A DNA stretch of 19,327 bases from assembly GCA_030649345.1 (NCBI GenBank), contig JAUSKK010000019.1, positions 1 to 19,327 on the forward strand, given 5' to 3'. Within the stretch, counting starts at the first letter, position 1. Each line of letters starts with the position of its first letter. The notes beneath the pieces were generated by a model. It searched no databases. It saw nothing but the letters and a program-made list of their open reading frames with translations, and was not told the origin of the DNA. Positions 12,623 through 19,327 of this stretch are shown piece after piece. The position numbers were made by a program, and so were the translations under genes. Source of the DNA: Candidatus Iainarchaeum sp. (GTDB taxonomy: Archaea > Iainarchaeota > Iainarchaeia > Iainarchaeales > 0-14-0-20-34-12).

Positions 12623-12991
12623 ATGTATTTAGTAAAACAGCAGCTAATCGATTCCTTATTGGAAGCTGCGCGCATCGTTTATCCAAATGAATTTATTTGC
12701 TTAATTGGATCCAAACAAAACAATCAAATCTTAGATGATTTAGTGGTAGTTCCTGCAGTTTACGGAGATAGTTATTCGTTCATTCACTCTCATTTAGTGC
12801 CTATAGATCCAACCATTAAAGGGTCTGTGCATTCGCACCCAACACAATCCAATCAGCCAAGTACAGCGGATAAACAAGCATTTCAAAAATTAGGCAGTGT
12901 GCATTTAATTATCGGATACCCGTATACTATAGACTGTATTCAGATGTACGACTCGCAAGGAAACCCAATTCATTTTGAGGTAATTCAATGA
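12623..12991 (+). CDS. JAMM/MPN+ (Mov34) family metalloprotease
   Basis: 122 aa with a complete JAMM motif: E23 ... H70-S-H72-x7-S80-x-x-D83 (HSHPTQSNQPSTAD). Confidence 0.8.
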   Translation: MYLVKQQLIDSLLEAARIVYPNEFICLIGSKQNNQILDDLVVVPAVYGDSYSFIHSHLVPIDPTIKGSVHSHPTQSNQPSTADKQAFQKLGSVHLIIGYPYTIDCIQMYDSQGNPIHFEVIQ

Positions 12992-14553
12992 GCAAAAATA
13001 AAGCAAAACCAGTTGTATTGATTGTAATGGATGGATTTGGCTTAGGTAAACCAAATTCAGGAAATGCAATTTTTTTAGCTAAGCCTAAAAACTTTAATAA
13101 TTACTGGAAAACATATCCTCGTACTTCATTGAATTGCATTGGAAAATTTGTTGGCTTAAGTGGAAAAACTCAAGGCAATTCTGAAGTTGGACACTTGCAT
13201 TTAGGTGCAGGAAAAATTGTCTGGCAGCCTATGGAATTGATTGATCGAGCCATTCAAAACAAACAATTTTACAAAAATAAAGCCTTTCTTAAAGTAATTC
13301 AAAATGTAAAAAAACACAAAACACAATTACATTTAATGGGCTTGTGTTCAAATCAAGGAGTCCATGCTCAATTGCAACATTTGTTTGAATTAATTAAATT
13401 GGCAAAAAAACACAAACTCAAAAAAGTATTCATTCACTGTTTTTTAGATGGACGAGACGTACCCGAACGCAGTGCAATAAAGTATGTGCAGCAAATTCAA
13501 ACAGAATGCAATAAACTAAAAATTGGAAAAATTGCTTCCTTGATTGGAAGATATTACGCCATGGACAGAGATCAAAATTGGGAAAGAACTCAAACAGCCT
13601 ATGAATTAATTACTCAAGGAAAAGGAAAACCCATTCAAGACCCCATACAAGGAATTCAAACAATATACCAAGAAGGAAATGAAACAGATTACTATATTGA
13701 ACCTTTGGTTGTGGTAGAACAAACCGGAAAGTCAGTAAGTATAATTCAAGAAAACGACGGAGTTATTTTTTTCAATTTTCGCACAGATCGAGCCCGGCAA
13801 TTAACTCAGGCAGTCACGGATTCAAAATTTGATAAATTTAAACGAAAAAAAATTCCAGTTACTTTTGTCAGCATGACCGAATATAATCCTAAATTTAAAA
13901 CATTGATTGCGTTTCCTCAAGAAAAAATTAAAACAAATTTAGGAAAAATAATCAGCCAACACAGGCTAACTCAATTACGGATTGCGGAAACTGAAAAATA
14001 TGCACATGTAACTTTCTTTTTTAATTCACAAACTGAAAAGCCTTCCAAAGGAGAACACCGTATTTTGATTCCGAGTCCAAAAGTTAAAAGTTATGACTTA
14101 AAACCAGAAATGTCAGCCTATAGAATTAAGGATACTTTAATTCAAGAATTGGAAAAAAATAAATATGATTTTGTCTTGATTAATTTTGCCAACCCAGATT
14201 TAGTGGGGCATTCCGGAAAACTAAATGCAACCATAAAAGCAGTTCAAGTAGTAGATGAATGTATTGGAAAAATTGTTGAAAAAGTACTGGAAAAAAATGG
14301 AATTGTTTTATTAACTGCAGATCATGGAAATGCTGAAGAAATGGTATACTCGAATGGTTTACCTAAACCCAGTCATACGCAAAATAAAGTTCCTTGCATT
14401 TTAATTTCAAACAAACCTAACTGGAAAAAAATAAAACTTAAAAAAAATGCAGAAATAAAGGATATAACACCCACAATCCTTGAATTATTGAAATTAAAAA
14501 AACCCAAAGAAATGACTGGAAAATCATTGATTCAAAACCATAAGCAGAATTAA
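12988..14553 (+). CDS. gpmI: 2,3-bisphosphoglycerate-independent phosphoglycerate mutase, bacterial GpmI type
   Basis: 521 aa, collinear with my recollection of Bacillus iPGM: VVLIVMDGFGL, GNSEVGHLHLGAGKIVWQ, FLDGRDV, GRYYAMDRDQNWERT, LRIAETEKYAHVTFFFN, PEMSAY, ANPDLVGHSG, TADHGNAEEM, EMTGKSLI. Its ATG overlaps the JAMM stop (ATGA). Confidence 0.92.
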   Translation: MSKNKAKPVVLIVMDGFGLGKPNSGNAIFLAKPKNFNNYWKTYPRTSLNCIGKFVGLSGKTQGNSEVGHLHLGAGKIVWQPMELIDRAIQNKQFYKNKAFLKVIQNVKKHKTQLHLMGLCSNQGVHAQLQHLFELIKLAKKHKLKKVFIHCFLDGRDVPERSAIKYVQQIQTECNKLKIGKIASLIGRYYAMDRDQNWERTQTAYELITQGKGKPIQDPIQGIQTIYQEGNETDYYIEPLVVVEQTGKSVSIIQENDGVIFFNFRTDRARQLTQAVTDSKFDKFKRKKIPVTFVSMTEYNPKFKTLIAFPQEKIKTNLGKIISQHRLTQLRIAETEKYAHVTFFFNSQTEKPSKGEHRILIPSPKVKSYDLKPEMSAYRIKDTLIQELEKNKYDFVLINFANPDLVGHSGKLNATIKAVQVVDECIGKIVEKVLEKNGIVLLTADHGNAEEMVYSNGLPKPSHTQNKVPCILISNKPNWKKIKLKKNAEIKDITPTILELLKLKKPKEMTGKSLIQNHKQN

Positions 14554-14577
14554 ATAAAACACTGGCTTAAGTTATAC

Positions 14578-15006
14578 ATGAATGACCGCGGGCAATTTAG
14601 TGTAGATTTGCTTTTAGCTGTAGGCGCTGTTTTTACATTTATAATAGCCTTGCAAGGTATTGCCGCAACTATGGGGTCAACGCAGGCAGAACACAGTATT
14701 ATTATCCAAGAAAGCGAATTGTCTTTGAAAATCGCCAGCCTATTCAATGAAAGCCGAATACTTCAAGAAGGAAAATTCAAAATCGAATATGCAACTCCAA
14801 ACTTAAAAGTTCCTGGAAAAAACAATCAACCCAATTGCAGCATACGCATTGAAACTAACCCAAAACAAGTCGTGGTAGCCTATGATTTAGATGGACAGAA
14901 TTTAGAAGCAAGTTCTCAAATAGTATTAACTGAAGATATCCTAAATCAAATGATTTTTCCAGAAAATTTAAATTGCGGAGAAAAATTAACCATTGAAAAA
15001 AGGTAA
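14578..15006 (+). CDS. Class III signal-peptide protein (archaeal type IV pilin-like), 1 of 4
   Basis: 142 aa. The N-terminus MNDRG/QFSVDLLLAVGAVFTFIIAL has a short charged leader with R at -2 and G at -1, then a Q-x-S-x-D-x-x-x-L (DUF361-like) and a hydrophobic helix. There are two Cys in the mature part. Confidence 0.7.
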   Translation: MNDRGQFSVDLLLAVGAVFTFIIALQGIAATMGSTQAEHSIIIQESELSLKIASLFNESRILQEGKFKIEYATPNLKVPGKNNQPNCSIRIETNPKQVVVAYDLDGQNLEASSQIVLTEDILNQMIFPENLNCGEKLTIEKR

Positions 15007-15011
15007 CTGAT

Positions 15012-15530
15012 ATGAACGATCACGCACAAATTTTTAGCTTGGATGCAATCATTTCTTTAATTTTAGTAATTTTTGCATTAGGGATTATTTTTGGGATACT
15101 GGAAACCAATTCCTATAATTTAAAAGAACAGCAAATATTTGAAGAACTACGAATTGCTGGAAGAACTGCAGCCAATGTTTTGATTGCCAGTCCAGAGCTA
15201 ACTTGCACACTAACCAATTCTTCTGGAACTGAATTATTTTCAATCACCCATTGTTTAGATATTCAAAAAGTTCAAGGAATTTCAACACAAGATTTAGAAT
15301 TGCCTTCAGATTATCAATTTAGTATTCAGCGTACAGGAATACTTTTAGCTGGAGAAATGATTCCGGAAAATAGTGCACACATTTATTCAGAAAAACGAAC
15401 TGTGTTTTTTTACGATAGCTTAGCTGAACCCATTACCAAACAAAAATGGATGGAATGCAAGACAGGAAATCCTGCCTGCGCACTTACTGAACCCGAAGAA
15501 GTAATGATTTCCATATGGAGGGTTCCATGA
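15012..15530 (+). CDS. Class III signal-peptide protein (pilin-like), 2 of 4
   Basis: 172 aa. MNDHA/QIFSLDAIISLILVIFALGIIFGIL is the same leader architecture as the upstream gene. Four Cys. The start is 5 nt after the upstream stop. Confidence 0.65.
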   Translation: MNDHAQIFSLDAIISLILVIFALGIIFGILETNSYNLKEQQIFEELRIAGRTAANVLIASPELTCTLTNSSGTELFSITHCLDIQKVQGISTQDLELPSDYQFSIQRTGILLAGEMIPENSAHIYSEKRTVFFYDSLAEPITKQKWMECKTGNPACALTEPEEVMISIWRVP

Positions 15531-15826
15531 AGAAAGGATTTATTTTCACCATCGATGCCATAACTGCATTGTTATTGGTAATGGCTTTGGTTGGATTATT
15601 TGCCACCAGCCAAGAAAACAATCCAACAGTTAATGTGCCAGTAGATTCTTTAAATCAAAAAACACTAGATCAAAGTATTGCATTCAATTATTTTAATCAA
15701 ACTGGAAATCAAGCCAGCACTCCAACAGCCCAATACAGGGCATGCAATATTCAATATATTTACGATTTTACAGAAACACAATTGGAAAAAAAAGTAAAAG
15801 AACGAAAAATATGTGAGGAAATTTAA
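15527..15826 (+). CDS. Class III signal-peptide protein (pilin-like), 3 of 4
   Basis: I prefer ATG 15527 (99 aa, MKKG/FIFTIDAITALLLVMALVGLF). GGAGG at 15517-15521 lies 5 nt upstream, and this ATG overlaps the upstream stop (ATGA). The ORF-track start at 15515 would add MEGS. Two Cys. Confidence 0.65.
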   Translation: MKKGFIFTIDAITALLLVMALVGLFATSQENNPTVNVPVDSLNQKTLDQSIAFNYFNQTGNQASTPTAQYRACNIQYIYDFTETQLEKKVKERKICEEI

Positions 15827-15828
15827 GC

Positions 15829-16347
15829 ATGAATAATAACGGATTGTATGTAAGTGCTCTGGCATTTATTGCAGTATTGGTTATGGCATTTGTTTTAATG
15901 AATTCCGCCAGCAAAAGCGATATTCAGCCATTTACTGGTTTAAGTTTATTGAAAGCTAAAACAAACCTAGAAAACACTCGTGAAATATTGGACTCAGCAG
16001 TCAGCGATGCTATTCTAGAATATCAAATTCAAAGTCCTGTCTGCGGAGCAGATTTAAGTTCACAGCCAGCACAAATTCAAACATTTTTAAATCAAGCAAT
16101 CATTCAAATTAATTCAACCAAAAAATGCAGTTACCAGATTACAAATTATTCTGGACGATTTGTAGAAAGCATTATTACTGTTTTGATTTCATGCACTGAA
16201 AATGAAAAAAATTTAGCCACAGAATTTTCACAAGAATTTGTTTTCAAAAAAAGAGCCAGTACCAATCAAGTGGGTGCTGATTGCGCAGTTCAAATCCAAG
16301 ATGCGGATAGCACATTAATTGAAGTTGAAAAAATATTCCAGCCTTAA
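15829..16347 (+). CDS. Pilin-like protein with N-terminal hydrophobic helix, 4 of 4
   Basis: 172 aa. MNNNG/LYVSALAFIAVLVMAFVLM. GAGGAAA lies 8-14 nt upstream and the start is 2 nt after the upstream stop. Four Cys. The leader is less canonical because there is no basic residue at -2. Confidence 0.55.
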   Translation: MNNNGLYVSALAFIAVLVMAFVLMNSASKSDIQPFTGLSLLKAKTNLENTREILDSAVSDAILEYQIQSPVCGADLSSQPAQIQTFLNQAIIQINSTKKCSYQITNYSGRFVESIITVLISCTENEKNLATEFSQEFVFKKRASTNQVGADCAVQIQDADSTLIEVEKIFQP

Positions 16348-16348
16348 C

Positions 16349-16365
16349 TTTGGTTTTTCTTTTTA
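16349..16365 (+). terminator. Oligo-T tract (TTTGGTTTTTCTTTTTA), candidate archaeal terminator for the pilin-like operon
   Basis: A T-rich run directly after the stop at 16347. Archaeal termination typically uses oligo-T. It overlaps the 3' end of the convergent gene. Confidence 0.3.
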
Positions 16366-17205
16366 CTTAACTTTTTTCTTTTTATTTAATTTTTTCAATT
16401 CTTTACTTACACCAGAATCATACTGAATGGCTTTTTTGGGCTGGAGTGCAATTAATTCCGGCAAACCCAATGACAAGCCCAAAGAACGCAAAGCATGCTT
16501 TCGCAGTAAATCATGCGAGGAATGAATTTTTTCAGCAACCGGCAAAGCCATAGCTATTTTCATAAATTCTGGATCCAAATACGGAGCACGCAAATCTAAA
16601 TTTAAATAATCTGCCAAAGCTAAATCTCGTGCTAAATTATCCTGCCATAAATTTTCCAATTTTTTCCAAGACAAATTTTGAACAGCTAACTCTCCTCGAT
16701 CAAATACTTTTCTAAATTCAGTATACCCTGCAAACAATTCATCGGCTCCTTGACCGCAAAAAACTGTTTTAAATCCAGAAATTTTTACAGCCCGCATGGC
16801 TAAAAATTCAGCTAAAGCAATTTGAATTTGCAGAAAATTATCTGTGCCTAAAATTTTTTTTACTTCTACAGCAAAGACATCTACATCTGTTTTAGTGATG
16901 GTTTGAAATTTTAAAGGCAAATTTAAAAGATTTGCAGCCATATGAGCTCGAGCAAAAACACTCGAATTCGAAGTACCGGCGCAAAACAAAACAGTATTTT
17001 TTACTTTTTGACTTACAGCTAAAGCAATCAAACTAGAATCAATGCCGCCGGAAAACAAGACTGCTGCTTTGGAAACATTTTGAGTTTGGGTTTGAATGGA
17101 TTGATCAAATGCTTTTTGAAGATCTTTTAAATTAGATGATTTGGGTAAATTTTTTTGCAATAAAAGAATATTTTCAGTATTTTTAAAAAAGTCAACTGCA
17201 GACAT
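16363..17205 (-). CDS. Asparagine synthetase B-like synthetase domain only (PP-loop ATP pyrophosphatase, no glutaminase domain)
   Basis: 280 aa. PP-loop AAVLFSGGIDSS, GQGADELFAGY and LDLRAPYLDPEF...LPVAEKI match AsnB C-terminal domain signatures. There is no N-terminal Ntn (Cys2) glutaminase domain and no room for one upstream. Confidence 0.7.
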   Translation of the reverse strand: MSAVDFFKNTENILLLQKNLPKSSNLKDLQKAFDQSIQTQTQNVSKAAVLFSGGIDSSLIALAVSQKVKNTVLFCAGTSNSSVFARAHMAANLLNLPLKFQTITKTDVDVFAVEVKKILGTDNFLQIQIALAEFLAMRAVKISGFKTVFCGQGADELFAGYTEFRKVFDRGELAVQNLSWKKLENLWQDNLARDLALADYLNLDLRAPYLDPEFMKIAMALPVAEKIHSSHDLLRKHALRSLGLSLGLPELIALQPKKAIQYDSGVSKELKKLNKKKKVK

Positions 17206-17277
17206 ACTCTTTTTTTGAACAGAAATCCGTAATAATATACCTTTGTTCAGAAAATAAATAAAAATGCAAAAATTTGT

Positions 17278-19074
17278 TTAATGCAAAGCATAATATTGGT
17301 TGGCTTTTTTTTGCTCTAAATCCAGCAAAGAACCAGGTTTATTGGCACGCAATCTGCCGGATTCAGGGTCTCTTCGAAAAGTAATATCTAAAGTTTTCAA
17401 AAAGTCATTCATTCCTTGAATCAATTCTTGCGCTGGCTTTCCTTGGCCTTTCCGGGAAGGAATTCCATCAAACACCATTATGCGATCGGCAACATAATCT
17501 TGAAATAAAATATCGTGATCCACAACCAAAATAGGCAAATCTTTAACAAACGCAATATGGCGTAAAATATCCGCAATGACTAAACGATCTTCGATATCAA
17601 TAAAGGCTGTAGGTTCGTCCAATAAAACTAAATCGCATGGCTTGCATAAAGTTACTGCAATGGCAACCTTTTGAAGTTCTCCTCCGCTTAAAGTATCTAA
17701 TTTTTTTTCCAAAAATTTATGCAAATCTAATTTTTGTTCAAATTCTGTCCGGAATAATTCAAAATCAATTTTTTCTCGAAACAACAATTCGTTAACCGTA
17801 ATATTTTCTTCGGTTTTCAAGTATTGCGGTTTATAGCTTACTTTTAACTTAAAATTCATAGAATCATTGTCTGATTTTTCTACGCCGGCCAGCATTTTTA
17901 CAAACGTACTTTTTCCAATTCCGTTGGCGCCCACTACAGCAACTACTTCGCCGCGCATAATTCTTCCTTCGTCTACTGTTAATTTAAAATTGGAAAATGT
18001 TTTCTCCAGAGAAGGATAAGCCAAAAATACTGTTTTCTTTTCTTGTTTATTGGAATTAATACTAAATTTTAGTTCTTTTTTTCGAATACGTACATTTTCT
18101 GTTTTCAAATATCCTGCTAAAAATTCATTCACTCCATTTTTCGAACTCCGTGTTTCACTGACAACTCCGTATACTGCAGGTTCTCCAAAAAATACATTTA
18201 CATAATCTGCTAAATAATCCAAAACTGCTAAATCGTGTTCGACTACAACTACTATTTTTCCGTTTTCTGCAATTTTTCTCACTGCTCCAGCCATAATAAG
18301 TCTTTGTTTGACATCCAAATAAGAAGTGGGCTCATCCAAAAAATACGCAGAAGATTCTTTCAATAAAGTAGCTGCAATGGCAACACGCTGTAATTCTCCG
18401 CCAGATAATTCAGACAATTGATTGTCTAAAATGGAATCAATTTGCAATTCTTTGGCTAATTTTTCCAATTCTTTGCGTTCATCTGTTTTTTTTAATAAAT
18501 CTCTAACTTTTCCTTTAAACTGTTCTGGAATTTTGTCAATAATTTGAGGTTTAAACGAAAAACTTAATTTTTTTTCTTTGGCTTGCGTAAAAAAAGTCTG
18601 CAGTTCTTTTCCACGAAACTGTTTAATGATTGCAGCATAATCTCCAGGCTTAGAATAATTCCCTAAATTTGGAATTAAATTTCCGGTTAAAATTTTCAAT
18701 GCAGTTGTTTTTCCTACACCATTTCGTCCAACCAAAGCCAAAACATTTCCGTGTTTGGGCGTAGGCAATTTGTATAAACGAAACGAATTTTTGAAAAATT
18801 GATGAACTGGATTTTGGGCTAGTTCTTTAGGCAAGTTCACAATCCGAATGGCTTCAAACGGGCAGGCTGGAACACATAACCTGCAGCCAATGCATAAATC
18901 TTCATCAATTACAGCTTTATTAATAATTGGATCAATGGCAATGCAAGGTTTGTTTTGCCGATTAATGGGACAAGCACGCATGCATTCCAAAGCACATTTT
19001 TGCGGATTACATAGTTCTCTATCTACAACCGCAATGCGCGTACTTTGATTTGCTAAAGGCAAGGAAATGGACAT
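17278..19074 (-). CDS. abcE1: ABCE1 / RNase L inhibitor homologue (ribosome recycling ABC ATPase)
   Basis: I prefer ATG 19074 (598 aa, MSISLPL...RIAVVDRELCNPQKC) over TTG 19095. It has an N-terminal double 4Fe-4S ferredoxin-like domain (CNPQKCALECMRACP; CIGCRLCVPACP), two ABC cassettes (GRNGVGKTT, LSGGELQR, DEPTSYLD; GANGIGKST, LSGGELQK, DEPTAFID) and a C-terminal RRDPESGRLRANK. Confidence 0.93.
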   Translation of the reverse strand: MSISLPLANQSTRIAVVDRELCNPQKCALECMRACPINRQNKPCIAIDPIINKAVIDEDLCIGCRLCVPACPFEAIRIVNLPKELAQNPVHQFFKNSFRLYKLPTPKHGNVLALVGRNGVGKTTALKILTGNLIPNLGNYSKPGDYAAIIKQFRGKELQTFFTQAKEKKLSFSFKPQIIDKIPEQFKGKVRDLLKKTDERKELEKLAKELQIDSILDNQLSELSGGELQRVAIAATLLKESSAYFLDEPTSYLDVKQRLIMAGAVRKIAENGKIVVVVEHDLAVLDYLADYVNVFFGEPAVYGVVSETRSSKNGVNEFLAGYLKTENVRIRKKELKFSINSNKQEKKTVFLAYPSLEKTFSNFKLTVDEGRIMRGEVVAVVGANGIGKSTFVKMLAGVEKSDNDSMNFKLKVSYKPQYLKTEENITVNELLFREKIDFELFRTEFEQKLDLHKFLEKKLDTLSGGELQKVAIAVTLCKPCDLVLLDEPTAFIDIEDRLVIADILRHIAFVKDLPILVVDHDILFQDYVADRIMVFDGIPSRKGQGKPAQELIQGMNDFLKTLDITFRRDPESGRLRANKPGSLLDLEQKKANQYYALH

Positions 19075-19081
19075 AAAGATC

Positions 19082-19294
19082 TTAACTGAAAGCAATCATG
19101 AACCCAACTAAAATAAACAACAAACTAAAGCCAATAACTGCACCCCAAAGCAAAAAATTTAACATAGACAGCATAGCTTGAACTGGATGAATGATGCCTT
19201 GAAACACAAAGACAAATACAGCTGCCAAAATTAAGAAGCCTAAGACACTTAAAATTAAGCCTTCGCGTGCAATTGCCATAAATATATTATCCAT
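19082..19294 (-). CDS. Small hydrophobic membrane protein (2-3 TM helices), hypothetical
   Basis: 70-aa ORF starting at ATG, almost entirely hydrophobic. Its stop lies 7 nt upstream of the preferred ABCE1 ATG on the same strand. There is no family signal, and a short hydrophobic ORF in AT-rich DNA may be fortuitous. Confidence 0.4.
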   Translation of the reverse strand: MDNIFMAIAREGLILSVLGFLILAAVFVFVFQGIIHPVQAMLSMLNFLLWGAVIGFSLLFILVGFMIAFS

Positions 19295-19327
19295 TATAGG
19301 TTTATTAAAAGGAAATGTTCGATTATG

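Noticed and set aside
15515-15526. Upstream ATG (15515) for the third pilin-like gene
   Set aside because: GGAGG at 15517-15521 would lie inside the coding sequence. With ATG 15527 it is a well-spaced SD, the start overlaps the upstream stop (ATGA), and the leader becomes the canonical short MKKG.
19075-19095. TTG-initiated 7-codon N-terminal extension of ABCE1 (ORF-track start 19095), overlapping the upstream small ORF
   Set aside because: ATG at 19074 gives an N-terminus closer to the conserved RIAVVD...C start of ABCE1 and removes the overlap, leaving a 7-nt gap.

Overview
AT-rich, very compact archaeal chromosomal window; by my own summation about 90% of bases fall in the calls below. 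I call 26 CDS, 2 tRNAs and several non-coding structured or repeat elements. I saw no rRNA, CRISPR array, transposase or integrase. Archaeal identity rests on aIF5A, ribosomal protein L15e, an Sm-like protein, ABCE1/RLI, an Rpp30-like RNase P subunit and four class III signal-peptide (type IV pilin-like) proteins. Small genes, convergent gene ends 1-15 nt apart, mixed leaderless and GGAGGTG-type Shine-Dalgarno starts and a bacterial-type iPGM fit a small-genome (DPANN-like) archaeon, but that placement is inference. Other recognisable content: S2P/M50 protease with CBS pair, MinD-type ATPase, TtuA/Ncs6-type tRNA thiolase, HD hydrolase, JAMM/MPN+ protease, glutaminase-less AsnB-like PP-loop protein, tRNA-Ala(GGC) and tRNA-Val(UAC). 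Most interesting unexplained signals: (1) a family of AT-rich palindromic hairpins with core AAAAYC-N3-GRTTTT. It forms a ~195-nt two-domain structure filling the L15e/metallopeptidase gap (7768-7965) and a four-hairpin array ending on the start codon of the gene pair led by an unknown protein and MinD (3029-3135). (2) Two perfect 13-bp inverted repeats with related arms (2903-2973, 10978-11041). (3) A tightly coupled four-gene pilin-like operon with no assembly machinery in view. (4) tRNA-Val wedged 6 nt upstream of the RNase P subunit gene and 11 nt downstream of a tRNA thiolase gene. All family assignments come from motif recognition by eye and need HMM or structure confirmation.
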